Of a stretch of 64,000 bases of DNA, positions 12,875 through 25,969 are shown piece by piece. How positions within the stretch are numbered: the first letter of the stretch is position 1; each line of letters opens with the position of its first letter. Under the pieces are notes generated by a model. The model made no database searches. It was not told the origin of the DNA and saw only the letters and a list, made by a program, of their open reading frames with translations. This DNA is from Conidiobolus incongruus B7586 (taxonomy: Eukaryota): the NCBI GenBank assembly GCA_000697335.1, contig JNEM01013732.1, positions 1 through 64,000 of the forward strand. Direction: 5' to 3'. The translations under genes were made by a program, and so were the position numbers.

Positions 12875-14144
12875 ATGGGTAAAAAGAAAACGAAAAAGCA
12901 GAATTATACATCAATTGATAATCCACAACTCCTAAACGAATTATCCAATATATCAACATATAATTCAAGTGAAGATAGCGAATTAAATCAACATCTAGAA
13001 AACTTATATTTAACAGAGTATAATAATAAATTTCATATTAATGATATTATTGACGAAACTAAAGAAGATTATATTCAAACAGACATTAATAATTTCGATA
13101 ATGAATTAAATGATCTGTCTGGGTATTGCGACAAAGAGGAAGCAGGTAATAATAGAATTTATAATAAAAAACCAAAAAGTTTTATATTAATTTCAATATT
13201 TAGAAATTATTACTATTCAAAGTTCTTCAAATCAGTTTAATTATCAAAATACTGAAACTGATTCGTTTGACGAATTACCTAGCAGAGGTCTAGGATTTGA
13301 AAATAATGATTCAGAATATAATAGTGAGGGAAATGTAGAACCAGCAGCCTCTGAGATGTTTCAGGACAGTGATTCCGATGGCGAACTTATTCTTATACCT
13401 GATACCGCTCCAACCAACTTTCAACCCAGCAAAACTATGAGAAAAAAACTAGCTAAGAAAAAACATAAAGAAAAACTCAGAGCAAAGGGTAATAAAACTA
13501 AATCAGATGAAGAATTTGGAAAAAGTATACTGGAAGCTCTATCACGATGCCATTCCAGTCTACCAATCTATTTCAGTAATGAAATATGTACTCTATTATT
13601 TAAAATTAATTTTATGATTGTTGAGTTTATTGGTTGTGATTATCCACCTTCTCCAAAAGCTCCACAGCAATTAACGCTACCTCCAATGTCAGGAAAGTTT
13701 AAAGAGTACGTCAAACGAGCTGCGCTAGTTTACAATCTCACTTGTAAGGGAACTGGATCGGGAAAGTCTAGTACTTTGTTAATTTCTAGACAGAAACAAA
13801 CAAGGCTTCCTGAAAATGTCAAACACTCATATTTAGCCACCTCCAATCCAAATTATATGACTATTGACCAATCCGTCATTACTAATGTTCTATATGAGAG
13901 TCACACTCGTTATAACAAATTTAACAAATTGGAATCGAAACCGTTCCCACAGTATGCTAAAACAGCAATTTCCAAGCAGTCATATAGGAATGGAGCGAAA
14001 GTAGGAGAGCATTTGGCACCCATCCCTCCAAATAATATTGGTTACAAACTGATGCAGAAGATGGGATGGAATCCCGATGGTGGTAATGACCAACAATTGG
14101 TCATGGCAACAATTCGGAATGCAAAATCTGGATTGGGCAGTTAA
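12875..14144 (+). CDS. R3H-like plus G-patch domain protein (Sqs1/Pfa1-like); intron 13146-13203
   Basis: ATG at 12875; a GT..AG intron joins the two ORFs in frame. R3H-like segment LPPMSGKFKEYVKRAALVYNLTCKGTGSGK; C-terminal G-patch IPPNNIGYKLMQKMGWNP...GLG. Confidence 0.75.
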
Positions 14145-14786
14145 TCTAAGTTTTATAATACTTTTTTAACATAATTATTCATAATATTTTTAAACAATTT
14201 TGATTTTATTGTAATAAATTAAAATCACTTATATGATCGATAATACTATTGATTGATTTGTATTGTTGTCAAAAAAATTATTATAATAAACAAATAAAAT
14301 TCTGTATTCATTTCTTAGTAGATATAAATAGTATAACGTATTAAGTATTCTGATAACTGAATTTTTTTTGCAAATTGAATATATCTATTACTTTATTTAA
14401 TACTTCCGATAATTCCAATTGATTCAACTGATCAATTATTTTTGAAATATTAGTATATTGTCTTAACTGATATAAAGAATGCCTTGGGATGATGGTGTCA
14501 ATATTTCATTCTTAATTTTATATCAACAAACTAAAATAAAATTAAATGATTAACAATATTCTTTATATTTAACTTGGTTTGTCTTATTAGTTTATTCCAA
14601 ATTAATCTTCGAGAATATTCAATAATTTTATTTAATAATATTAAATAAGTATTAAATAACAACTTCATCTGATTTGCCAATTTAAGTAATTTCTAATCAT
14701 TATTACTAATTAAACCCTAATTGACAATAAGGTGATAATAACTGTTATTTAGTCAATTTGAGTACTATAAATATTATGACGTAATT

Positions 14787-15953
14787 ATGAATAATATAAA
14801 AACCCTTGATTTTTCACTTTCTCAATTGTCTTTTATCATGAGTTTTAAAGATTTGGATTATTTAATAGATGATAATGACTCCAACGATGAATTTGAATTT
14901 GTTCAACAGTTTAAAGAACTGAAAATTGATAGTAGGGATGATAGCATAGATTTTCATATGGTCCAGTTAGATGATTGGGATAATGAGTTGGACTCTTGTG
15001 ACTTTGACAGTGATTCTATTGAAAGCATTGATTTTGATTCTTTGTTAGATACAGCTGCTGAAGAAAGTAATCCTATTAGTTGGTATTATTTGAACACATT
15101 ACTAATAATATTTGATTTAGATAGTTTTCACATAACTACGAAGGTTAACTTATTTCAATCTCAACAGTTCGATGGGGTAGTCAATATAGATCAAAATTCT
15201 CAATCTTCAGTAGACCATAACACTACAAATCAAATCATAGATTTACCCAACGCTATATCGACATATGAGAATGATATCTCAATGCCACCATCCATGGATA
15301 ACATTGGTCAACTTACAAAAAGTCAGAGGAAGCAATTGAGTAGAGCACTGAAAAAGCAGGAACTTCAACAGCTCAACAATTTTAATACTTTTGACACCCT
15401 CCTAACTGAGATGGCTGTTGAAAATGCTAATACAACGAAATCCACATCATGCAATTTAAGTCAGATACAGTTGAATAAAGGTCAAAAGAAGAAGCTTAGA
15501 AAGAAGGGTAAGAAGAAACGTAGTCAAAATAGTGCCGATCAAGATAAAAATACTGCAACATCCTTAAACATTGATCTTAGTCCCTGTACCAAATCTAAAT
15601 GCAAAGGAAAAGAGAACGGACAAAGAAATCAAAGCAAAAAAAAGAAAAAACACAAAGTTCAACAGCTATCGAAGTTTTACAATGACCAATCATTGCATCA
15701 TATACATCGCCAGCCTCTAGACCAAGCCTTATCTGAATCAAATCATCTCCTCTTGAATCAAATCCAAGCAATTCAAGATTATTGTCAACATGGCTCTAAT
15801 TCGCAGCTGACGAAACTCATTAACTGTAAATCCAATGGCAATGTACCTACTAGTAACTCAAAATCAAAGAGTAATCCAATTCAGTCAATTAAAAAAAAAC
15901 CAATTGGCCCAAAACTGTCAAAGAAGAAATTTAGCGACGTCATCAATTCATAA
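14787..15953 (+). CDS. Hypothetical protein with acidic N-terminus and Lys-rich C-terminal half; possible in-frame intron 15067-15120
   Basis: 388-codon ORF in AT-rich DNA. A 54-nt GTAATC...CTAAT...TTTAG segment looks like an intron. No recognisable domain. Confidence 0.6.
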   Translation: MNNIKTLDFSLSQLSFIMSFKDLDYLIDDNDSNDEFEFVQQFKELKIDSRDDSIDFHMVQLDDWDNELDSCDFDSDSIESIDFDSLLDTAAEESNPISWYYLNTLLIIFDLDSFHITTKVNLFQSQQFDGVVNIDQNSQSSVDHNTTNQIIDLPNAISTYENDISMPPSMDNIGQLTKSQRKQLSRALKKQELQQLNNFNTFDTLLTEMAVENANTTKSTSCNLSQIQLNKGQKKKLRKKGKKKRSQNSADQDKNTATSLNIDLSPCTKSKCKGKENGQRNQSKKKKKHKVQQLSKFYNDQSLHHIHRQPLDQALSESNHLLLNQIQAIQDYCQHGSNSQLTKLINCKSNGNVPTSNSKSKSNPIQSIKKKPIGPKLSKKKFSDVINS

Positions 15954-18900
15954 ATCAAACATTCATTATATTTATAATAAAAATAAACTTATAATATTCA
16001 ATAGCATCAAAGTTAATTATATGATATTTTTAATTTATACGAATCTTTAATTGGGCTTGGTTTAAATATCAATTGGGTAATAATTTTACAAAATATTATT
16101 GATCTCTCGGACAATTGCTTTGCTAATTGAGTAGAGAGAATAGTTTAAACATCACAATAAATTGGGTGAATTGGTTAAGTATTATTATTCATATTATTTA
16201 ACTCAAAAATTATCGAATATTATGATATATTAATAGCTCCTTGATAAAATTTTCGATTTATATTATAATTTAAAAATATAGTTTGCAAAATTAAATATTA
16301 TCGAGTTTCCCAATGATTTTGTGGTCAATTGATAATATACTCCAATTGAATTAATCGATTTCTTTAATTATATTCCATCATTTTTTGATTCACCAACTAT
16401 CAGCCAAAAAATTTCAAACTCGATATATTATCTCATATGAAAATTATTGCTTGAAAATAAAATAATCTGAATTCAATATATTACACTTTTTAGTGTAATT
16501 TTTTCCCGAAATATGTAGATTTTATAATTGTAAGAGGGATTAATCAAATTTTATATTTTAATTGAATTGAATCAACAATTAAAAAATTCATTTTTTTAAA
16601 ATAAATCCATATTAAATATATATAAAAATCTTTAAAATGCCCTTGCAATATTAATTAATTTTAAATAATATTCACTAGACAAGTTTTATAATGTTTAATG
16701 ATACCTTAAATTAAAATTGGTACACTCGATCTCAGTTAAATGGATGTAAAACAGAACAAACAAAATACTCGTACTGTATATTAATATATATTGTTTATAT
16801 AGAATACATATTTGTTATGCAATATCATATATTTTTCAAATTTGATTAATATTGAAACAAGATTAAATACATTAATTTCATCAAATTAAAACTTATTGAA
16901 TTGAATCAAATCAAAAACATTGGGAAAATCTTAAGTCTCAATTGTATCATAATTGTTGAATTATAAGCTAGCTAGTGATGATTTTAGAAAATATATATAC
17001 ACTTATTTTGGAAATTAATTCTGAAGTTTTATTATATTAAAATAGCCTATATGAAACATAACATTTGTGACCAAATAAAATTTATTTTATTCAATGTGAT
17101 TTTTTATAATAGTAGATAAAATTTGATATTTCTATAACATTATATATAAATTAATGTTATATATGTCAAGATAATAAAGATTGATTTAGATTTATATAAT
17201 TTTTATTTAACCATTGTTATTTATAATATATATTTTATATAACCATAAAACTATAAAAATTCGAATGCAAAGATAATTTTTTTTTAAAAAAATAATATTA
17301 AATATAACTTGAACTAATAGATAAATATATCCAAATTTATCGCACTATGTATAAAGTTCAAATATTAGTTTATTAACTTATTAATACTATTGTTGATAAA
17401 TATTTTAATATCGATATGAAAATTTTTATGAAATATGTTTTTGATTTGGTATTCAAATGACAGTGTAAATTATTTAAAATTAACATCAGTTAATTCTCTA
17501 ACAAAAAGATTATTTTTTGAATAATTATAATTTATTAATTGAAAAATATCTTTATAAATCTAGAATATATATATTAATATAAGTATAGTTACTTGAAAAT
17601 AAAATTTGTTATTTAATTTATATTGTAAAAAATTTTATATTTAGCTGACAATTAAATTTCTGAATATATTTGAAATTGTATAATTCTTGATTTTATAAAG
17701 TTATCTTTTTAATATTATAAGAAATACGACATAGAATATAATAGTGTTATATAGTTAAAAAAGTTAAGAATATAGATTATTTCTCATTAAGCAATGAAAA
17801 TTATCAAAAAATATATGCCTTATGTTTATTATATAAAATTAAAATAACTCTATTATCAATCGCAAGCCCAAAAAATTAGAATTAATTAGATACAATATAT
17901 GGAAAGAAGGTTTAATATTGAATTCAATTAAAATTTTCATTCAACATTTCAGCAATAAGAGAATAATGATACAAAATATGCCTATACCTTATAGGTACAA
18001 ATTTGTTACAATCTTAAAAATATAATAATCCATTATATGAAAGACCCTTTTAATCTTAAAGGAACTTTTCTAAAGAGTTCGAAATCAATGATGAGTATAA
18101 TAATTAAGATATATGAATAACTGCACTTGTTTAAAAATGCCAAATAAGTACTCAAACTTTGTAGTCCCTAATAACAAGAAATTTACCTAAATTTTAAACT
18201 TGACAAAATATAATTTATAATATATGTTATTATATCAAATTATGGCTTTAGAGAAAAATTACTTTCATTTATATTCTTTTCTAAAATTCAAACAAGAAGC
18301 ACTGAATTTAATTGGATGGCATATTTCACAAAATTTTTAAATATATTCATTTTAATTCAAAAATTCAATAAATTATAGATATACATATAGAGAACATTGT
18401 ATTTAAAAATGGGTTCAGTCGGAAAATGGATGTAAGGTATATTATTTTTTCAAAAAATTATTAAATGGGTTACAAACTACCAAATCAATTACCCTGTATG
18501 ATATTTATGAAATGCATAACTCTAATATCATTAGAAGTTTTTTAAAACTAACTATATTATCGCAATTTGTATATTCACCAAATATGAATCCATGAGATTA
18601 CCATGGGTTTGGGCTTTTAAAAAATTATATTGAAGCAATATGTTTTCAAAATTTGAATCAATTAAAGGTGAAACTTACATGGTTAATCAAGAAACTTGAT
18701 AAAAAAAGGTGCTGTTAAATAGGTCTTCCAGTTTCTTAGTATTGGAAAAAATATAAAACAAAATAAAGCCAATAGTTTATATATTTGTTATCTATTTTCA
18801 ATTTTAATTTAAGTATGACTTGAAATCATCATTTGAAAATTTAGTTGGAATATTTCTTAAAGCAAAGTTTAAATCTGATTTAATGCTAATAATTATATAT

Positions 18901-19327
18901 TATGTTCAATATTTATAGTAATGTTAAAATTACATAAAATGTAGTATTAGGTAAGTATATATATCTAAAAATATCAACAAAATTACATTTTAGCCATGTT
19001 GTTAGTATTTTTCAATAAATTTTCAACAGTTTAAATAGTAATTTTGGATGATTATTGAATAAATAGAACATATACTATTATAATGATTGCAAATAAGCAT
19101 TTATTTATAAGAAGCTAATATTGTATATAATGATATATTATTTCAATATTTAAATCATATTAATTGCATGATTCAATTTAGAATAATGGAAAAGCTCACT
19201 AAATTGTTTGTACAAATCGTAACACTGCAAAATTGAGCTACATCATCGATTAATCAGAATTATAAAGAGTAGATCAGATTTTCAGTTTTAAGTTTTATTT
19301 AAAATAAAATGAATAAATAAGAATAAA

Positions 19328-20482
19328 TTAGAGTAAGCATTTTTCGTTATGACGATCGATTAATAAAGCTGCTCTTCTTTCTCTTTCTCTTACTTCGGCT
19401 TCATCCCAGCCCATCATTTGAATATAGTCAATAGTCATAGGGCGGGCTACATTCAAAAGCTCACAACCTGGCTTAACTTGGTCAGGCTGAACATTTTCAG
19501 GGAGTAAAACACCTTGAGATATATATTCCCAAGCAAATTTCAGGTTTTCGTCAATCGAAGGTTCATCAAAAGAATTAAAAGGAATGAAAGGTTCAGGTTC
19601 AGGTAAAGGTTCAGGTTCTTCAGAAGTGAATGAATTTCCGGAGTCAAGATTCCATGCAAAATTATCTTCATCATATTTATAGCAAAGATTAATAGTATCA
19701 AAAGTATTTGAAATCTTTACATCATATCCGGGCAAGTCAAGGTCATCAGCAGGATAATCAAACAGATCTCTATATTTCATTTGGCGATCGTACCAAACCT
19801 TATCAACGAAAGCGTGATGCAACCAGAACAAAGGGTCATTGGGACTTGCAAAGCCGCTAAAATCCTTGCCTATTGCGTTGTGCACACGGCCGTGCCCTCC
19901 CTCCAACATATTCTTCACCCACTCATTTTTGGGTCCATCTATGACGGCGCGTTCAATTTCATCTTTTGTAGCGCCGAAAGTCTGTTCGAAAACAGAGTTA
20001 CGAGCGATGCAATGAGGACTTCCTGGTTGATTGATGTCGGTGAAATAGTAGGATTCGAAATCAGCAAATGGGCTATTTGTGATGCAATTGCCTTGATTTG
20101 GATTACCTTCCTTGCCAAACCATTCCCAAATTGGATCCTGATTCATGTCATTGAAATGAACTGTCCAGTCCCAGTATGGGATACGAATGCTCGGGTCAAT
20201 TCTCCTTAACTCAGATTCTAATTCATACAAATAATAACGATGCCAAGCAAAAAATTGCTCTACATTATGAATCTTATCTGAAAATTCAACATGTTGCTTG
20301 ACAATTTCATCATATAAGTTTGGTTTAGGACCAGAGTTTACTCTCCATAAGGCATCAATGAACTTGCTACGTTCAGAATCAGACATTTTATGGATGTTAG
20401 GCCTTGGTAATACATCTTCACATTGAGCCGAGAGAAAGGTAACCTGTAAAATATTGACTAATCCGAATAATTGTAATCTCAT
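19328..20482 (-). CDS. Secreted tyrosinase / type-3 di-copper oxidase
   Basis: Signal peptide; CuA site H-VEFSDKI-H-NVEQFFAW-H-R; IPYWDW motif; CuB site H-GRV-H...SPNDPLFWLH-H-AFVD; YxY motif (CYKYD); intronless. Confidence 0.93.
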   Translation of the reverse strand: MRLQLFGLVNILQVTFLSAQCEDVLPRPNIHKMSDSERSKFIDALWRVNSGPKPNLYDEIVKQHVEFSDKIHNVEQFFAWHRYYLYELESELRRIDPSIRIPYWDWTVHFNDMNQDPIWEWFGKEGNPNQGNCITNSPFADFESYYFTDINQPGSPHCIARNSVFEQTFGATKDEIERAVIDGPKNEWVKNMLEGGHGRVHNAIGKDFSGFASPNDPLFWLHHAFVDKVWYDRQMKYRDLFDYPADDLDLPGYDVKISNTFDTINLCYKYDEDNFAWNLDSGNSFTSEEPEPLPEPEPFIPFNSFDEPSIDENLKFAWEYISQGVLLPENVQPDQVKPGCELLNVARPMTIDYIQMMGWDEAEVRERERRAALLIDRHNEKCLL

Positions 20483-22620
20483 ATTTATTTAATAGTATTA
20501 TTTAATGTTAGTAATTCATTGAATGAGCTTATTCCAATATATATATATATATCATCTTTCAAGATTTTCCCAAACTTTAATTCATACCATTTCGTAGCCG
20601 ATTGTTCTAAAAAAGTATAATTTAAAATACTTGATTAATAGCTATAATATAATTATTTTATTATCTGTCATAGATTTTTGAGAAATTGCTGTGAATTTGA
20701 CAAAAATTATTTTTTTTGTAAAAAATATTTTCTTAAATCGTAACTCGACTTTAAAAAGCCAGAAATATTAATATAATATAAATTTTTACACATTAAAGTA
20801 TATATCCAGTTTAAATTTAATTTTTTAACTAAATAATTACTATTCTATTAGTAAAATAGGCATAATTATTCGTTTAAATGTCAATTTAAATTGAGCTTTC
20901 TCTTTATAGAATAAAAACCTTAGATATGATGTTCCAAAAGTGATCTTTTTCGCCATTATTCTCGCTGAATTGATATCGAAATACTGATTTATATTGGGAT
21001 TCAAAAACAAATATTTACTCTATAAATATTATATAAATCTACGTAAAAAATAACCCATAATATTTTCCAGTTTAAAAATAGCGGCAAATTAATATAATTT
21101 TAAAAAATTACATGTTTATAAAAATTAATGTATCGAAATTTTTTATGAAATAAAATTTTTTCCATTTATTGAAATTGTATGATTAATTAATATTATATTC
21201 AATAATTTTTTAAAATGTATATATCATGGTAATCATTGATAAACCCTGAAAAATATATATATATATTTTAATAGCTAAATAATCTACAATATCAAACATG
21301 CAGCTATTTTTATAATTTATTAGGCAACTTTATCTAACTGTATACAATTAAACAAAATTTATACAAATGTATTTATTAAATAATTTCTTGAGTAAATCGC
21401 ACTATTACCTCAAAGAATTTTCTTATAGTATGATTAAATAGTGTGGATTATATATGATTATTGATAAATAATACAAATATTAATGAAATTCAATTGCTTT
21501 TACCTGCTCATTGTGGAAACATAATATTCCCAAAATTAGTCTGGATAGGGTGTCATATTCAGATTATCATTTATGTTTTCAAATAATCAGGTGTATATTT
21601 CTAAGGTTTTGTATAAGTTACTAGCAAAAATTTTTGTATAAAACCGGTATTTTACCTATAAATGATCGCCTTACATTACTATTTTTGTATAATTTTTTTG
21701 ATGATTTTCAACCATTTTATTGAATTAATGAAAATACTGGTAATTTAGCATTATCATTGAATTTTTCGTTCTAAAGAAATTAAATTGTATTTATGAGGTA
21801 TTGAGTAACAAATTCAAATTATGCACTATACCATATCCTTATGGCTAATTATTATTAATTATATTATTTATTTAAATATAAAATTTAATTTTATGTCTTA
21901 AATTGATAAATTTATTTGAAAATGTTCAGTAATTGCTAGATCAACTATCAAATCTTTCACTGAAATTTTTTTTCAATGTTAGCATCAAGTATTCTTAAAA
22001 CATTTAGACTGTATTATTTAGAAAATTCAATAATTTTTACGAACATTTTCAGTTATAGTTATGCACAGTTGATTAACATTAACATATAGTATATTAACTT
22101 TTATATGATTTTTAATATATACTTAATCATAATTTTTGAACAGATTAAATCTTTTTAGTCAGTTGTAATCTGTTTTTAAGCATGTGAGTAATCATGAAAT
22201 TATATATGTAATAATCTCATATATTTAGTAATAAAGACATAAAATACAATTTTTCAATAATAATTTTTATAAAAAATATTATAAATAAAATTCAATTGTA
22301 TGATATTCTTAAAAAACAGTTTATTATTTAATAATAAAAAATTATAGATATAATTAAATATGAAAAATATCAAAATTGTGATATTAAAGAATTACTATTT
22401 TATTAAATGATTAGGTAAAATAACAAAATAGAGATTGAAAAATGAATTCAAAAGTGGTGTTATATATATTATATAAAAAATCGAATAAGTAGTTGCAAGT
22501 GATAATTGATATTGCATTAATAATTAACAATTTAACTTTGAAGTATTAATAACAAAGCGAATATAATATGTTTTTCAAAAGGTAAAAAGGTTTTTAATTG
22601 TATATTTTTACATAAATCAA

Positions 22621-22702
22621 GACACTTTGGCGGAGTGGTTAACGCGGCGCCCTGCTAAGGCGTTTCCCTTTGGGAGCACAGGTTCGAATCCTGTAGGTGT
22701 CG
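22621..22702 (+). tRNA. tRNA-Ser (GCT)
   Basis: GACACTTTGGCGGAGTGGTTAACGCGGCGCCCTGCTAAGGCGTTTCCCTTTGGGAGCACAGGTTCGAATCCTGTAGGTGTCG: 82 nt, long variable arm, anticodon GCT, followed by T-rich sequence. Confidence 0.95.
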
Positions 22703-25588
22703 ACTTCATTTATTTTTATTATATTTTCTCATTTTCATTTAATATATTTCCACATCATCCAATTAGAATATTCTTATTTAATTTTGTATATATTCCAAAA
22801 ATCATTGTAATTCAATCTATTCAAGATTAATATATATTCCTACTATTCTTTTTAACTCTTTGTATATCGGCATATTTAATTCATTGAAAAACATTAGTAA
22901 TCCTTTGAATTTAATGTTTTTTAATAACCTATAGGTTCTTTTCTTGTAGTATATTATTCTATTTAATATATTTGTGCAATTAAATTTCAAATTTATTAGG
23001 ATAGTCAAAGCTCCAGATCGTGAGTCAATAGATTTTTTTTCCAATTCCTGAAGTACTGTTTGCACTATTTTCAAAATAAATATTAAAATTTAATAAATTA
23101 TTAAAACGAATGAAACATCTATTTGACAAGAAGTATATACTATTTCAAATTTGAAAGTTAGATACAAAATTATAATATTTGATTAGAATAAAAATAGTTA
23201 ATTAATATTATATCTCCAATATATAGTCATCATTTTTTCATTTTAATTATATATTATTCAGTATAATAAAACATTTCTCTGACTAAACGTGTCCATAGTA
23301 ATTATCTAAATTATATATGATCGAATAAACAATGAAAAGTAACCAATAATTCAGATTATTAATATCAATTTATTTATATATTATAGAGTTATTCTATAAA
23401 ATAAATTAGCCTAGATATATCTATATTAATTATTAGCTGCTTTTCAGTTTGTATAAATAATTATTTATGAAATTTGTTAAAATTTCAAAGATTTTGAAAT
23501 TTTGCAAAATTTAATTTAAAAAGGTACTTTAATTTTAGTTGCACTAATCACTTTTGAATTCCCAAGAATTTTCACACCTTTACTTTGAAATGAAGTTATG
23601 AAATATTAGGTATAGAAGTGTCTAACTTTGACAACAATATCTCTTAGTTATTTATAATTTATCGTCATCAAGGGAGGTAAAATGAAAAAGAATTAGTTTT
23701 TAAACGTATCCTGTATAATACTTTAATGGTATATTACTCTATATTAATTAAACTATCATATATAGATATCACTAATGCTACAAATACATCAAGAATCTAT
23801 ACCTGAAACGACTATATATTGAAATCAATTTTTGATCCCAAGGTACCTTACCGAATCTACCAAAGTGTTGGTGACACTATAAAAGAGAAAAACAGCAATT
23901 ACCAGCTCTATAAAATGGGCTTTTAAAGCGACACTGACATTGCTATTCCCAATATGATTTATGGCTTAAAAATTATTATCTAATTCTTCAAAGTTTGTCT
24001 TCTAAGCGACAGCTTTTTTATACAACCAAGTATCATACTATCTCACCTGGTTCATTTTGCATTCCATTTCCAAAACTTTCACCTCTATTATTATATTCTT
24101 ATTGCCCTTCATTTGGTTCCTTCTTTTAAGTTTGATTTAGATGATTATTCTATTACTTAGTCTTTTTGTCTATATAATCAAATTTATTATACCATATTTG
24201 GATTGGAATAATTTCAAGGGAGTAGCTCGTACTTTTGAAATCTGTATAGTTATAGAATCCCGTTTTAGTCTATTCAAATTATACTCAAGTGTCAGGACCT
24301 GAAATTGGCTCTGTGCCTCTAATTTCCCTCATTATTCATTTTATATATTGCATATGAATAAAAATTTAAATAGGTTTCTTGTTAAAATAGTTCAGTTTCA
24401 TCAAATAAAACAAATAATACAATATGGATGAGAATAGTGATATCAATTATCTCTGTTATAGCTATTAATTATTCTTCGCTTCATAATTAAGTATTGAAAT
24501 CCAGCATCTTGTTAAATAAAATTTCTAAACCTTGAACTCACTCCTCAACTCAACGCGCTTGATCTCAACTGATTTAAACTATTTTTGAGGATAACAAAGT
24601 ACATTATCTTATATTGAATATTAATTAAGGAATTTGCGACCGTCTGTGACTTTATCAGTAGATATTTAAAGACTTCTATACCAAGAACATATCTTTAAAG
24701 TAAGATTATTCATTATCATTCAAAAGCTTTCACATCATTGCAAATTAAATATAATTTTGGTATCATAAAATATATTTTATATAATATTCCAAATGAAACT
24801 GTCATCATTTTATTAGCTATATTAATTAATAATATTTTAACCAAGTACAAATTTACTCAAATTTTCAATCCATCTAATTACAAAAACATATTAAAACAAT
24901 ATTTCAACTTCCATTTGATTGTTTTGATGGTATATTTAAAAAAAACAAGTAATTGTAAATTTATAATATATCATGGCACCCATATATTATAGTAAATTTC
25001 CTATGATATATCTATTTCTAAGAAAATTGATTTATATTTGACTAATATTAAAAACTTTCAAAATTTTATATATACTTAGAACTTCATTGAAATATACAAA
25101 AATTAATGCTTTATAACTATTTTTTAATGATTTTTTCATAATTATTACCAAAAATAATATTCAAATATAGTGATATAATTATAATTGAATATTATAATCA
25201 TACTGAATAAGATTTCTAATGAAATGAATAACCGAAAAAATACAATCAATTATAAATGGATACTAGCGAATTAGTTGTAAATTATTTTTAGTCTTCATAT
25301 TGCTGTTGAAAATTGTTCCACTAACCCGAAATTATATATTTCCATTTTTATGTGCTTAAAAATAAATATATGAAGACAGAATCAAATATTCATTATACAA
25401 TACATTTATGTATGATTTAAGGGTAATTTTCAAAATGATTTTTAATTTTATGGCAGATAATTAAATAATCACCACAATTCGAAGTATTGATTAATTAATA
25501 AACCAAAATCAGATTTAAAAATATATTTATAACTACTAATGCTGATTTATTTATTGAATATGATTCAGTCCAAAGGAATTACCATCCG

Positions 25589-25969
25589 TTACCGGTTGGG
25601 GCTGCTATCAAATGATGCAGGTGAATCATTGTCAGCATTATCAACAAAAAGTGGAATGAAGTTACTAAAGAAGCTACCAATTTCACTCAACGTTTGCTTA
25701 AAAACTGAAGGTTTGAAAAAATTACGGAATGGTCCAATAGTCTTAGGACCAATACTAGGAATAAGAGGTGGTAATGGTTTCTGGGTTAGACTTTCATTTT
25801 TTTATGGCTGGAATGGGTGAATATTACTTTTGGGTAATGGAGTTTGAACCTCAACAGGAGCCTGAGATGAAGCTTGATCATATCCTTGTAATTTGAAAAT
25901 ATCAAATAGAGGACTTGCAACAAAGACAGATGCAAACTAAATAAGGGTAATATCTTTAATAGAAACCAT
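25589..25969 (-). pseudogene. Disrupted gene for a small, probably secreted Pro-rich protein
   Basis: One continuous frame from AAAATGG: MVSIKDITLI*FASVFVASPLFDIFKLQGYDQASSQAPVEVQTPLPKSNIHPFQP*KNESLTQKPLPPLIPSIGPKTIGPFRNFFKP...SSPNR*, with two internal stops and coding-like composition. Confidence 0.6.

Noticed and set aside
17800..18850. Slightly coding-like intergenic tract (similar tracts at ~8500-9200, ~27000-27800 and ~32200-32900)
   Set aside because: Stops in the frames I read and no recognisable motif; cannot support a pseudogene call without a homology search.
22627..22830. 67-aa ORF starting MAEWLTRRPAKA
   Set aside because: It is a translation of the tRNA-Ser gene plus AT-rich flank.
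25539..25820. 93-aa plus-strand ORF
   Set aside because: Antisense shadow of the minus-strand pseudogene.
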